Shown here: piece by piece, positions 25,066 through 39,569 of the stretch
Numbering within the stretch: position 1 is the stretch's first letter
Layout: every line of letters begins with the position of its first letter
Assembly (NCBI RefSeq): GCF_018350175.1
Contig: NC_058368.1
Span: 90,522,001-90,586,000, forward strand
Origin: Felis catus
Taxonomy: Eukaryota
DNA: 64,000 bases
Direction: 5' to 3'
The notes under the pieces: model-generated
What the model saw: only the letters and a program-made list of their open reading frames with translations
Told to the model about the DNA's origin: nothing
Databases searched by the model: none
Program-made: the position numbers and the translations under genes

Positions 25066-26944
25066 TGAAAGGTGAAAAGGAAGCTTTTATTTTTATTTTA
25101 ATTGTTTTAATGTTAATTTATTTTTGACACAGAGAGAGACAGAGACAGAGCCCAAGCCAGGGAGGAGCAGAGAGGGAGCCACAGAATCTGAACCAGGCTC
25201 CAGGATCCGAGCTATCAGCAGACCCCAACATGGGGCTTGAACTCGTGGGGCTTTAACTCGTGGGGCTTGAACTCACCAACCGCGAGATCATGACCTGAGC
25301 CAAAGTGAGACGCTTAACCGACTGAGCCATCCAGGCGCCCTAAAAAGGAAGCTTTTAAATAACATATGTATATTAGTTTTCAAAAAAGAATCATATAAAT
25401 GTGGGTGCCTGGCTGGCTCAGTCGGTACAGCATGTGACGCTTGATCTCGGGGTTGTGAGTTCAAGCCCCACAATGGGTATAGAACTTCTTAAAAAATCAC
25501 ATAAAAGTCTGCTTTTTGTGTTTCATTTTTAAAAATAAAATATATGTTTGGGGAGCCTGGGTGGCTCAGTTGGTTGAGCATCAGACTTCGGCCCAGGTCA
25601 TGATCTCGCAGTTCGCGAGTTCGAGCCCCGCGTGGGGCTCTGTGCTGACAGCTCAGAGCCTAGAGCCTGCTTCGAATTCTGTGTTTCCCTCTCTCTCTCT
25701 GCCCCTCCCCTGCTCATGCATGCTCTGTCCTCTCTCTCTCTCCCAAAAATAAGCATTAAAAAAAAGTTTTAAAAATAATAAAAATAAAAATAAATAAAAT
25801 ATATGTTTATGAGGCACTTGGGTGGCTCAGTCAGTTAAGCGTCCGACTCTTTATTTCAGCTCACGTCATGATCTCATGGTTCCTGAAATCGAGCGCCGCC
25901 AGTGGGGCTCTGCACTGACAGTGTGGAACCTGCTTAGGATTCTCTCTCTCCTTCTCCCTCTGCTCCCCACCCAGCTCACAGTCTCTCTCTAAAACTTAAA
26001 ACAGCTAAAAATAAAAATAAAAAATATGTTTCAAACGCACCATAAACAAAATTGTTGAAAACTTCTGTCCTTCTGTGCTTCTTATGACTTAACTTGCCTC
26101 TCCACCTTACCTGCGAAGCCGCCCTCACCCTTGCTTACCCCCACCTTCCTTTGCCGGAAAGAGAAAGGGGGCACATAGCCAGAAGGAGCACTCTCCATTC
26201 CCATCCTGTTCTGTCTTGCTGGTTAGGCTAGTAATGATCATTTCTGTGCACCTACACTAATCTAGCAGTGTCAAATTGAGAAGGGAAAAAAAGTACATAA
26301 ATAGAGTGCCTGGCTGACTAAGCCCATAGTGCATGCCACTCTTGATCTGCCAGTCATGAGTTCAAGTCCCACGTTGGGCGTAGAGTTTACTTTAAAAAAA
26401 AAGTGGGGTGTCTGGGTGGCTCAGTCCGACTTCAGCTCTAGTCATGATCTTGCAGTTTGAGAGTTCGAGCCCCACATTGACTCTGTGCTGACAGCTCAGA
26501 GGCTAGAGCCTGCTTCGGATTCTGTGTCTCCCTCTCTCTCCTTCACAAATAAATAAACATTAAAAAAAATGAAAAGAAAAAAAAGTACTGGGGTGCCTGA
26601 GTGGCTCAGTTGGTTGAGCCTCTGACTCTCAATTTCTGCTGAGGTCATGATCTCACAGTTTCATGAGTTCGAGCCCTGCATCAGGCTCTGCACTGACAGT
26701 GTGGAGCCCGCTTAGGATTCTGTCTCTGCCCACCCCAACCCCGCCGCCTCTCCCCCGCTTGTGCACTCTCTCTCAAAAGAAATATATTGAAAATAAATAA
26801 AAAATTAAAATTCAACTTTATTGTACAGTTTCGTGATTTTGAGAAATGTACAGAACCATGTAACTACTATCATAGTGGAGATCTAGAACATTTCCATTAC
26901 CTCAAAAGGTTCCTCTGAAGCTTTTTCTTTTCCCCTTAAACCAA

Positions 26945-29310
26945 ATGTGGGGTGCCCTCTTCTGACACTAATTGTGATGTCTTTTTCTGACAACACTTCA
27001 GTCAATTCAATTCAATTCTGACATCAACTACCCAGAGTTAGTGTCAGACTTCACAGGTTTAAGGGTTCAGTCCCACAAGACTGCCCCCATTTCAGATGCC
27101 AGCTGTAAATAGGGTGCCCAGACTGCCACATGTCTGCCTGGTTGGCTACAAATTTAGGGGTTTCCATCAAAACCTTAGAGGAGAAAGCAGGAAAAGACCT
27201 CTCTGACCTCAGCCATAGCAATCTCTTACTCGACACATCCCCAAAGGCAAGGGAATTAAAAGCAAAAGTGAATTACTGGGACCTTATGAAGATAAAAAGC
27301 TTCTGCACAGCAAAGGAAACAACCAACAAAACTAAAAGGCAACCAACGGAATGGGAAAAGATATTTGCAAATGACATATCGGACAAAGGGCTAGTATCCA
27401 AAATCTATAAAGAGCTCACCAAACTTCACACCCGAAAAACAAATAACCCAGTGAAGAAATGGGCAGAAAACATGAAAAGACACTTCTCTAAAGAAGACAT
27501 CCGGATGGCCAATAGGCACATGAAAAGATGTTCAACGTCGCTCCTCATCAGGGAAATACAAATCAAAACCACACTCAGATATCACCTCACGCCAGTCAGA
27601 GTGGCCAAAATGAACAAATCAGGAGACTATAGATGCTGGAGAGGATGTGGAGAAACGGGAACCCTCTTGCACTGTTGGTGGGAATGCAAATTGGTGCAGC
27701 CACTCTGGAAAGCAGTGTGGAGGTTCCTCAGAAAATTAAAAATAGACCTACCCTATGACCCAGCAATAACACTGCTAGGAATTTATCCAAGGGATACAGG
27801 AGTACTGATGCCTAGGGGCACTTGTACCCCAATGTTTATAGCAGCACTCTCAACAATAGCCAAATTATGGAAAGAGCCTAAATGTCCATCCACTGATGAA
27901 TGGATAAAGAAATTGTGGTTTATATACACAATGGAATACTACGTGGCAATGAGAAAGAATGAAATATGGCCTTTTGTAGCAACGTGGATGGAACTGGAGA
28001 GTGTGATGCTAAGTGAAATAAGCCATACAGAGAAAGACAGATACCATATGGTTTCACTCTTATGTGGATCCTGAGAAACTTAACAGAAACCCATGGGGGA
28101 AGGGAAGAAAAAAAAAAAAAAGAGGTTAGAGTGGGAGATAGCCAAAACATAAGAGACTGTTAAAAACTGAGAACAAACTGAGAGTTGATGGGGGGTGGGA
28201 GGGAGGGGAGGGTGGGTGATGGGTATTGAGGAGGGCACCTTTTGGGATGAGCACTGGGTGTTGTATGGAAACCAATTTGACAATAAATTTCATATATTAA
28301 AAAAAAACAAATTTAGGGGTTCCCATGATCACTCCTTGCTCAGGTTCAATAATTCACTAGAACAATCCACAGAACTCAGGACAGCATTTTTTAAAGTTGT
28401 TTTGTTTTGTTTTGTTTTGTTTTTGGAATCTCTACACCCAATATGGGGGCTCAAACTCTCGATTCTGAGATGGAGAGTTACCTGTTCTTCTGGCTGAGCC
28501 AGCCAGGTGTCCCCAGTACTACTACTGGTTTAGTAAAAAGGATTCAATTCAGGCACAGCCAAATGGAGGAGATACAGGGGACAAAGTATGGAGAGATAGG
28601 GTGTGTGTGGAGTTTCCATGCTCTCTCTAGGGGAAGCTCCCTCTAGGCATGCCAAACCCCCTGCCCTTGGATGTGTTAACCTAGCCACAAGCACTCTGAA
28701 CACCATTACTTAAGGTTTTTTATGGAGGTCCCAAAACACAGGCATGATTATTGAAATCATTGACCATCGGTGACTGCACTCGATCTCCAGTCCTTCTTCC
28801 CTTCCTAGAGGTCCAGAGTGGAGTTGAAAATTCCAACCCTTGGGGCCCCTGGGTGGCTCAGTTGGTTAAGCGTCTGACTCTTGATTTTGGCTCAGATCAT
28901 GATCTCACGTTTAATGGGACCAAGCCCCACATCAGGCTCTGTGCTGACGGTGCAGAGCCTGCTTGGGATAATCTGTCTCCCTCTCTCTCTGCCCCTCGTC
29001 CACTTATGCACACGTGCACGCGCTTTCTCGCATGCGCATGCACTCAAATAAACTTAAAAAAAAAATTAAGAAGAAAATTCCTACCCTCTAATCTCTTGGT
29101 TTGGTTCTTCTAGCAACCAGCCTCTAACCTGAAGCTGTCTAGGGGTCCACCAATAATCACCATATTAGCATAACCTCAGGTGTGGTTATGAGGATTATTA
29201 AGGGGTTATTATGAATAACAAAAGACACTCCTATCACTCAGGAAGCTCCAAGGGTTTTAGGAGCTCTGCACCAGGAATCCAGAACAAGCACTAATTTTTT
29301 ACTATACTAC
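26945..29310 (-). mobile_element. MER21-like ERVL LTR split by an L1 and SINEs
   Basis: CAATTCAATTCTGACA...GGGTTCAGTCCCACAAGACTGCCCCCA motif; homologous to the copy at 33520-34910; strand and boundaries approximate. Confidence 0.6.
27163..28306 (+). mobile_element. Young 5'-truncated cat L1 with uninterrupted ORF2 C-terminus (stop 28074) and 3'UTR
   Basis: About 300 open codons of L1 ORF2 ([26 protein letters not shown]); 15-bp TSD ACAAATTTAGGGGTT (27148-27162 and 28307-28321). Confidence 0.95.
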
Positions 29311-31063
29311 CTTTCCCGCGTACCTATTCCCAGTCCATCCCTACACCAGCTTCAGGCAAAAGCTGATTTGATTTCAGTTACTATAGACTTGTCTTTTCTA
29401 GAGCTTCATATAAATAGAATCATATGGTATATAGTGTTTTGTGTCCGGCTTCTTTCACTCAACAGATTGTCTTGAGATCTTCATGTATACAGTTAACATT
29501 TATCACTACTTTGTTCCTTTTAATTGCTGAGTAGTATTCCATTGTATGAGCATGCCACAGTTCATTTATCCACTCACCAAGTAACAGACACGTGGGCTGT
29601 TTCCAATTTGGGGCTAGAGTGTCTAAATGGCTATGGGCTCTTTGTACAGATGTATGTTTTAATGTTCTCTTACTAACCTAACATCTTCATTTTTTCTTGG
29701 GTTACTACCACAATTCGTACTTTCATCTTCCTGTTGCCTCCTGAGAAAGACTGTGAGGTAAAGTTTTGTTGAAATCTTGCACATCAAAAATGTCTTATAG
29801 GGGCACCTGGGTGGCTTAGTCAGTTGAGTGTCTGACTTTGGCTCAGGTCATGATCTCACGGCTCATGAGTTTGAGCCCCATGTCAAGCTCTGTCCTGACA
29901 GCTCAGAGCCAGGAGCTTGCTTGGGATTCTGTGTCTCCCTCTTTCTCTGCCTCTCTCCCACTCATGCTCTGTCTCTGTCTCTCAAAAATAAATAAACGTT
30001 AAAAAATTGTAAGTCATATAAAAAATAATAAATGAAAAAAGTAAAAATGTCTTTATTCTACCTTTACATTATTTTTTAAAACTTGATTGAAGTATAATTC
30101 ACACACCATAAAGATTATCCAATGTAAATAAATGATTTTTAGTAAATTTATAGAATTATAAAACCACTATCATAATCCAATTTTAGGATATCTCAGCCAC
30201 CAAAAACTGCCCTTGTGCCTGTTTGCCCAGCCAACCCCAGGTAGCCACTGAACTGCTTTCTCCCTCTATTGATTTCCCTTTTCAAGATATTTCATACAAG
30301 TGGAATCACACAACATGTAGTTTTTTTGTATCTGACTTCTTTCTCATAGCATAATGTTTTTGCAGTTCATTTGCCTAGTAGCGTGTATCAGGAATTCATT
30401 CCTTTTCATTGCTGAATAATATTCCATTGCATGGATATACCACCTTTTGTCTCTCCGTCGAACAGTTCCTGTGCATTTAGATTTCTTCCAGGTTTGAGCT
30501 ATAATGAGTAATGCTGCCATGAATGTTTGTATATAAGTTTTTATACACACATTTCTTTTTCTCTTGGGTACTACATAGAACTGCTAGCTTAAGTGGTAAA
30601 TGTATACTGAACTTTTGAAGAAATTGCCAAATTGCTTTCCAAAGTAGCTGTTCTTTTTCACAGTCCCATGTAGGAGGGCTTCAGTTCTTCACATCATTGC
30701 CAACATGTGCTATTGTCTGTCTTTTTTATTATAGCCGTTCTCGTGGGTGTGCGGTAGTGTCTTGCTGTGGTTTGTTCCAAATCCAGTGAGCCCCCTCTGG
30801 CAGTGAAGCTGTTGGATGGCATAGCCTGACCAGTCATGGGCTGCTGCCGAGCTGACAAGTGTGGGGGAATGTGAGCAGCCCCAGGCCAGAGTGCCACAGA
30901 CTCTTACTGTTCTCACCCAGAGTTCGGTGGCTTTTCATGGATAAATTCTTTTCAATTTCTCATTTGCTTTTGGTCAATTTCCAGAACCCTAACTGGTTTT
31001 TTAGATTTCTTTTTTTTCTCCAGTTATTGTTTAAATTTATTTAAATTTTTTATTTATTTTTTA

Positions 31064-32366
31064 AATTTACATCCAAGTTAGCATATAGTGCAACAATGAT
31101 TTCCGGAGTAGATTCCTTAATGCCCCTTCCCCATTTAGCCCATCCCCCCTCCCACAACCCTCCAGTGACCCTCTGTTTGTTCTCCATATAAGTCTCCTAT
31201 ATTTTGTCCCCTTCCCTGTTTTTATATTATTTTTCCTTCCCTTGTGTTCATCTGTTCTGTGCCTTAAAGTCCTCATATGAGTGTAGTCATATGATATTTG
31301 TCTTTCTCTGACTAATTTCACTTAGCATAATACCCTCCACATAGTTGAAAATGGCAAGATTTCATTCTTTTTGATTGCTGAGTAATACTCCATTGCATAT
31401 ATATACCACATCTTCTTTATCCATTCATCCATCAATGGACATTTGAGCTCTTTCCATACTTTGGCTATTGTTGATAGTGCTGTTATAAACATTGGGGTGC
31501 ATGTGCCCCTTTGAAACAGCATACCTGTATCCCTTGGATAAATACCTAGTAGTACAATTGCTGGGTTATAGGGTAGTTGCATTTTTAACTTTTTGAGAAA
31601 CCTCCATACAGTTTTCCAGAGTGGCTGCACCAGTTTGCATTCCCACCAGCAATACAAAAGAGGTCCTCTCTCTCCGTATCCTAGCCAACATCTATTGTTG
31701 CCTGAGTTGTTAATGTGAGTCATTCTGACAGGCGTAAGGTGGTATCTCATTGTGGTTTTGATTTGTATTTCCTGGATGATGAGCGATGCTGCGCATTTTT
31801 TCATGTGTCGATTGGCCATCCGGATGTCTTCTTTGGAGAAGTGTCTATTCATGTCTTTTGCCCATTTCTTCACTGGATTATTTGTTTTTTGGGTGTTGAG
31901 TTTGATAAGTTCTTTATAGATCTTGGATACTAACCCTTTATCTGATATGTCGTTTGCAAGTTTCTTCTCCCATTCCGTCACTTGCCTTTTAGTTTTGCTG
32001 ATTGTTTCCTTCGCTGTGCAGAAGCTTTTACTTTGAAGAGGTCCCAATAGTTCATTTTTGCTCTTGTTTCCCTTGCCTCTGGAGATGTGTTGAGTAAATT
32101 GTTGCTGCGGCTTAGGTCAAAAGAGGTTTTTGCCTGCTGTCTCCTTGAGGATTTTGATAGCTTCCTGTCTTACATTTAGGTCTTTCATTCATTTTGAGTT
32201 TGTTTTTGTGTATGGTGTAAGAAAGTGGTCCAGGTTCATTCTTCTGCCTGTCACTGTCCAGTTTTCCCACCACTTGCTGAAGAGACTGTCTTTATTCCAT
32301 TGAATATTCTTTCCTGCTTTGTCAAAGATTAGTTGGCCATACGTTTGTGGGTCCATTTCTGGGTTC
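31064..32366 (-). mobile_element. 5'-truncated carnivore L1 (ORF2 3' part plus 3'UTR)
   Basis: ORF 31322-32047 is the L1 ORF2 C-terminus; same 3'UTR type as 2672-3296. Confidence 0.93.
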
Positions 32367-33519
32367 TTATTCTGTTTTTTTTCCCTCCAGTTTTATCACT
32401 GTTTGGTGGGGGAGAGAATTTGCTGATCTCCTCACTTCACCGGAATGCCACCCTCATAGACTTTTAGTTGAATATTTTTTCCTCTGTATGTCTTCTCCAG
32501 ACATTTGTTTATTTCTGTTTGCTTGTGTTGGTCTCTATGTTCTACATTGCAAGGGACATTTGCCTTGTCTGCACATTGGAATCACTTGGGCATCTTTTCA
32601 AATCCCAGTGCCCAACTGCAACCCCAGAAGATTACATCAGAATCAGATGGTTAGACATCTGAGATTCAAAATAGTTATAAGCCATTGAAAAATAAAAACA
32701 ACAAAGTTTTAAAAAGAAAAAATAGAAATTAATAAAGTATAAAGAAAAAAAACCTAGAGGTGCCCAGCCGGCTCAGTTGAAAGAGTATGTGACTCTTGAT
32801 CTCAGGGTCATGAGTGCAAGCCATGGGTGTAGAGGTTACTTAAAAATAGATAGACCTTTGGGGCACATGGATGGCTCAGTCGGTTAAGCTCTTGACTTCG
32901 GCTCAGGCCATGATCTCAAAGTTCCTGAGTCTGAGCCCTACATCAGGCTCTCTGCTGTCAGCATGGAGCCCACTTCAGATTCTCTGTCTCCTTCTCTCCC
33001 TGCCCCTCCCCCCACTCCTGCACGTGTGCTGTCTCTCTTTCAAAAATAAACATTAAAAAATAATGCGCCTGGGTGGCTCAGTAGGTTAAGCATCTGACTC
33101 TCGATTTCGGCTCAGGTCATGATCGCATGGTTGGTGAGTTTGAGCCCTGCGTTAGGCTCTATGCTGGCAGTGCTGAGACTGGTTGGGATTCTCCCTCTCT
33201 CCCTCTCTCTGCCCCACCCCTGCTCATGCTCTCTTTCTCTCAGAGTAAATAATTAAACTTAAAAAAAATTAAGCTTTTTAAAATAAAATAATAAAATTAA
33301 TAAATAAACTTTTTTTTTTTTTTTTTTTTTTGGAGAGCACAAGCAGGGGATAGGGACAGAGAGGGAGGACAAAGGATCTGAAGCCTCTTCCACACTGACA
33401 GGCTGACAGCAGTGAGTCTGATATGGGGCTCAAACCCATGAACTGCGAGATCATGACCTGACACTCAACCAACTCAGCCACCCAGGTGTCCCAATAAATA
33501 AACTTTTAAAATAAAAACA

Positions 33520-34629
33520 ACCCCTACTCTCTCCTATGTTTCCTCTTTACTCACACCACTACCATGCTCCTACTTCTGACACTAGATGTGTGGGAGTTTT
33601 CCCCATACCACACAATTCTGCGACATTAGCTGGCTGTCCTACCATTTAATTCAATTCTGACATCATCTACCTGGAGATCGCTACTGTCAGATCCCACCGG
33701 TTAAGGGCTCAGTCCATGAGACTGACCACACTTCAGATGCCAATCACAAGGAGTAGGTCCCCAGGTTACCCACAATGCCTCTCCAACTTGGCTCCAGATC
33801 AGGGGTTCTCATGATCCCCTCCCCTTGGATTTGGTTATTTGCTAGAACAGCTCCCAGAACTCAGGGAAACCCTTATTTATGTTTACCAGCTTATTAAAGG
33901 ATATGATGAAGGATATAGATGAACAACCAGATGAAAGGATACATTGGCTGAGGTCTAGGAGGGCTCAGAGCAAAGGCATTTCCATCCTATGCCATTGTGG
34001 GGGAGTCATCCTTCTGGCACATGAATGAGTTCACCAACCTGAATCCCACATTTTGGGGATTTTTATAGAGGTTTCATCACGTAGGCATGATCCATCATTA
34101 ACTCCATTTCCAGCCCTTCTTCCCTTTCTGGAGAATGGCGATGCAGCTGAAAATTCCAAGCTTCTAATCATGGCTTGGTCTTTCTGGTGACCAGCCTCCA
34201 TACAGGGGCCCACCAAGAGTCATCTCAGTAGAACAAAAGACATTGCTATTACCAGGAAATTTCAAGGGATTTGGAAACTCTGTATCAAGAATAAGGGTCA
34301 GGGTACCTCGTGGCTCAGAGGTTTAAGCGTCCAACTCTTGATTTCAGCTTAGGTCATGATCCCATAATCCTGGGATCGAGCCCCAGGTCAGGCTCCACAC
34401 TGAGCAGGCAGACTGCTTAAGATTCTCTCTCTCTCTCCCTCTGCCCCCCTCTGCCCCACTCACATGCATGCATGCATGCACACACTCTCTCTCAAATAAA
34501 AAAATGTTCTTAATTAAATAAATTTTAAAAATAAGGGTCAAAGACCAAATATTAGAGCAAAGCATACTTAGTGGTACTCTTATCACTTAGGAAATTAAAA
34601 GGGTTTTATTATTTTTTTAATGTTTATTT

Positions 34630-34667
<38 letters not shown>

Positions 34668-34910
34668 ATGAGTAGGGGAGGGGCAGAGAGAGAGGAGAGA
34701 GAATCCCACATAGGCTCTGCAGCTGTCAGCAAGGAGCCCGATGTGGGGCTTGAACTCATGAACTGTGAGATCGTGACCTGAGTCAATGTCGAGTCAGACG
34801 CTTAACCAACTGAGCCACCCAAGTGCCCCTAGAAGGTTTTTAGAAGTCCTGTGTCAGGAATTTGGGGGGTGGGGTACAGACAGTATATACATTTTCTATT
34901 ATTTCATGAT
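33520..34910 (-). mobile_element. Second MER21-like LTR, interrupted by SINEs
   Basis: TTCAATTCTGACATCATCTACCTGGAG...GGTTAAGGGCTCAGTCC motif shared with 26945-29310; boundaries approximate. Confidence 0.6.
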
Positions 34911-37900
34911 ACCAACAGAAGAGAAGGAACACCTCTTGCTTATAATAGAATGCTTAGGGCCTCCTGACAAATATGAAGTGAGCCCTAGGCTCCATGCTGT
35001 CAGCACAGAGCCCGAAGCAGGGCGCAAACTTAGGAACATGAGATCATGACCTGAGCTGAGATCAAGAGTTGGACACTCAACCAACTGAGCTACCCAGGCG
35101 CCCCCTCAAATTAACATTTAAATAGGACAACAAAAAATGTTTTTTTTTTTTTTCTGCTGAAAATAAGCACTATGTGGCCTGTGATCTGGTCCCAAGTGCC
35201 CTCAAGACAGATGTTTTAAATAAAGCTCAGCTGGCACATGTTCTGTGCAATGATATGATGCACATTCTCAGCCTACTTATGACTCTTCAGAAAGACTTTG
35301 ATATCTCCCACTCCCCAGCGGAGCTCAGCGTTCCCATGTCTGCCTGCTTGCCTTGCCCACTCCTTAGCCTCCTCCACTCAGGCCTAGATGCAGACTCAGG
35401 TTTGGTGGTGCTTCCTGGTTACAATGCAGTTATCTAGAGCAGATAGAACATGCATTAGCATTTTTCCAGTTTTTTTTATTAAAACAGAAAATTCAAACAT
35501 TTTTTCATATAGAGGACTTGCAGATTCCAAAGAACATGCGTGATGGCGTGCCTGGGTGGCTCAGTCAGTTGTGTCCAACTCTTGGTTTTGGCTCAGGTCT
35601 TGATCTCACAGTTTGTGGTTTCAAGCCCCGCATGGGGCTCCGTGCTGACAGCTCAGAGCCTGGAGTCTGCTTCAGATTCTGTGTCTCCTTCTCTCTCTGC
35701 CCCTCCCCTGCTCACTCTCTCTCTCTCTCTCTTTCGAAAATAAATCTTGAAAACAAAAACAAAGACCATGGATGAGACTAATTTTAAGGCACAATGGCTT
35801 CAGAGCAGCATGGGAAAGAGGGCAGGAGTATAGTCACCTTTAAACCACTACCCTGGCCTGCCCTGCGTGCTACACCCCACCCCACAGCTGTCACCACCAA
35901 GCTCAAGAGGACGAGTGAAGAAACTAAAGAAGAAAAAGCCCGGGGCGCCTGGGTGGCTCAGTCAGTTAAGCGTCCAACTTCAGGTCATGATCTCACGGTT
36001 TGTGGGGTTGAGCCCTGCGTTGGGCTCTCTGCTGTCAGCACAGAGCGTGTTTTGGATCCTCTGTCCTCCCCTCCATCTGCCCCTCCCCTGCTCATGCACT
36101 CCCTCTCAAAAATAAATAAAGATTAAAAAAAAAAAAATGAAAAAGCCCAAGGGAAGGATAAGCCACAGAGCAGATGGGCATTCTTTCCTGCTTAATTTGC
36201 TCTTCCATAAAAAGTCACCTTGCAGAAAAGGGAGCAAATAACCAAATATACAAAAATGGAGGTGCCAAATGAAGCTTGTGCATTCTTTATAATGGTGTTC
36301 TTGTGTTCTGTACCATCTGAATGACTTTTATCAAGTTTTATACAGATGCAGAATTCTTTTTTTGTACGGTATGTTGGCACAGAGAACGCCTCATTGTTTT
36401 GGGGAAGGGCAAATGTCACACTAACAGAGTTATCTCAGGAACCAAGTGAAATAGCCACAGGGCTGAAAACAAGAGTTTGTGTCCTTGGTTTTGGGAGTAT
36501 TCTTCTCAGTTGCCAAGAGAAGGGATTCACTGACATTCACAGCCACTGTGGCATTTGCCTGTGGTGTGAGGAAACAAAAATTCATTTTTTAGGTCCTCTT
36601 CTCCATTCCTTTGTGCCCTTAGAATGAACTTTATGTCCTTAAACTCAGACGTGTTGGTACCTAGCACTCCTTTCCTTGGGGGCTCCAGGTCTGGTCTTTT
36701 CAGGGATGACATGGGCACTGAGTTCCCTAAAAAAGCCAGGAAGCAATGTTTTTTTTTATTGTGGACCTTAAATTCTGCAGTTTTCATGACATTTCCTCAA
36801 AATCAAGGTCTGCTTGTGAAAGGAGTTAACATGTTAATTGTTCCTCATTTACCTAAACTTCTCCCATTTAAATAATCAAGTAAAAATTTCCTTGGGTTTT
36901 AGGGTGCCTTGGTGGCTCAATTGGTTGAACATCTGACTCTTGATTTTGGCTCAGGTCATGATCTCATGGTTCCTGAGATGAACCTCTGAGCTGGGCTATG
37001 TGCTGACAGCATGGAGCCTACCTAGATTCTCTCTCCCTCTCTCTCTGCCCCTCCCCCTCCTCTCTCTGCCCTTCCCCTGTGCACGCGTGTGGGCACACTC
37101 TCAAAATAAACATTAAAAACAATAATAAAAATAAAAGGTATCATGGGGCTCCTGGGTGACTCAGTCAGTTAAGCGGCCCACTTTGGCTCAGGTCATGATC
37201 TCGCAGCCCGTGGTTTTGAGCCCTGCGTCGGGCTCTGTGCTGACAGCTGGGAGCCTGTAGCCTGCTTCAGATTCTGTGTCTCCCTCTCTGCTCCTCCCCT
37301 ACTCATGTTCTGTCTCTCTCTCTGAAAAATGAATAAATGTTAAAAAAAAAAGTATTAAAGCCCATTTGTTTTAGGAAAAACATTACTTAAACCTTTTCAA
37401 CTTTCAGAAAAATCTACATGTTTCTGAATATGGGCTCAATTTTAAGTTCTACCTTAGTGTAATATTTGTTTCAGAAGTGAGACAATGAATATGTTATTGA
37501 GCCACAGGGGGAAAAAAACCTCCTGATCTTAATGTGTATCAACAGCCATCAAACACGTTCATATTCGGGGCCCCTGGGTGACTCAGTTGGTTAAGCATCA
37601 GACTCTTGAACTGTGAGATCAAGCCCTGAGTCGGGGTCTGAGATAACAGTCTGATAGGGATTCTTGGGATCCTCTCTGGGGATTCTCTCTCCCTCTCTCT
37701 CTTCCTCTCCCCTGCTCTCTATCAGTCTCTCTCTCAAAATAAATAAATAAACTTAAAGAGAAGACTTCCTTGGGTTTTATAGCTTTCCCTTTTTTTGTAA
37801 GGAAATAAGGGAAATTGAAAGTTTCTGTATACCATGGCCACCCATGACCTGCATGAAATGCTGAGATTGCTAATGAAAATTAGCCTTAATAATATCGACA

Positions 37901-38079
37901 CAATTTGGAGAGAGATACAGAGGGAATGAATCACTGGCTTGATTAAAATATTCCTGGGCTCTGATTCCATGTCCATCAGACAACCTTCTGAGGGCTGATT
38001 TGAGCTCTCAAGTGTCCTCGTGATAGGAAGAGAGAGCTTTGAACAGTGAGCATGAGGGTTTATTTGTGGAAACTGACAT

Positions 38080-38630
38080 TCTAATTCTAAAATTAGGATG
38101 GAAATTCAATTATATAGAATTCCAAAGGACCTAGAAAACCAAAGCGATCTTTAAAGAACATTGTTGGAAGATATATACTACCAGATATGAAGACTTACAA
38201 TAATTAAGCTATAATAATTAAGAAAATATGGTATTGGTACAAGAATAAAGATCAATGGAAGAGAACAGAGAGCCCAGAAACAGACATTTGGACATAGTCA
38301 CATGATCAACAAGAGATGGGACTGCAACTAGGGAGGAAAGGCTAGTCTTTCTATCATTGGTGCTAGGTCAAATTGACATCTATATGGAAAAAAAATCAAT
38401 TCTCACCTCACACTGTACACAAAAATTAACTCAAAATGTAGCACAGACCTAAATGTAAAGCCAAAACCACAAAACCTCCAGAAAAAAACAGAGGAGAAAA
38501 TCTTAGTGACCTTAGGTTTGGCAAAGAATTCTTTTTTTTTTTTGGCAAAGAATTCTTAAATAGGACACAAAAAGAATGAAACAAGAGAAGAAACTTGATA
38601 AGCTGGACTTTATAAAATTAAAAACTTTTA
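38080..38630 (+). mobile_element. Old L1 ORF2 fragment
   Basis: Degenerate L1 ORF2 sequence (TATGGTATTGGTAC, CACAAAAATTAACTCAAAATG, GACCTAAATGTAAA). Confidence 0.65.
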
Positions 38631-39526
38631 CTTTGAGGGGCGCCTAGGTGGCTTAGTCCGTTAAGCATCCAACTTCAGCTCAGGTCATGATCTCATGGTT
38701 TGTAAGTTCAAGCCCCATGTTGGGTTCTGCGCTGACAGCTCAGAGCCTGGAGCCTGCTTCAGATTCTGTGTCTCCTTCTCTCTCTGCCCCTTCCCCACTT
38801 GCACTCTGTCTCTCTCTCTTTCAAAAATAAACATTAAAAAATTTAAAATAAGGGGTGCCTGGGTGGCTCAGTCGGTTGAGCATCCGACTTCGGCTCAGGT
38901 CATGATCTCACGGTTCGTGGGTTCGAGCCCCGCGTTGGGCTCTGTGCTGATGCTCAGAGCCTGGAGCCTGTTTCTGATTCTGTCTCCCTCTCTCTCTGCC
39001 CCTCCCCTGTTCATGTTGTCTTTGTCTCGAGAATAAATAAACATTAAAAAATTTTTTTAATTAAAATAAATAAATGTCATTTATTGTCAATTATACCTTA
39101 ATAAAACTGTTCAAGAAGAAACTTTCCCAGGAGGTGACACTACCTGCTTGCTCTCCTCCAGGATGTGAGCTTCTCTGGAGCTGGGTCCAACTCCCTGGAG
39201 GGCCATGCAGGAGGGTGAATTAATGGGGAGGCCTGTGGAAGAGGCCCTTGAGGTCAGGAACGCCAAGCTAGGTGATGGCAGTCAACTTGGGCGTGCTTGG
39301 CAGGTAATACCTTCCATTTTCCCAACACATGGTGCTTGTCCTTCAAACAGGCCCAGCTCATCCCTGCCTCCAGCCCCCAATCTTCATGTAGCTCAGATGT
39401 CCTCATCATTTAGGTCTTAGCATGGATGTCAAGTACCTTTACTGAACACCATGTCCTCAGGTCATTTTCTGTATTTCTCTATTTTCTTTTCCTTTTTTTT
39501 CCCCATTGTATGCACCACAATTAAAC

Positions 39527-39569
<43 letters not shown>

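Noticed and set aside
27130..28074. 314-aa ORF as a host gene
   Set aside because: L1 ORF2 C-terminus with a chance in-frame ATG from flanking LTR sequence
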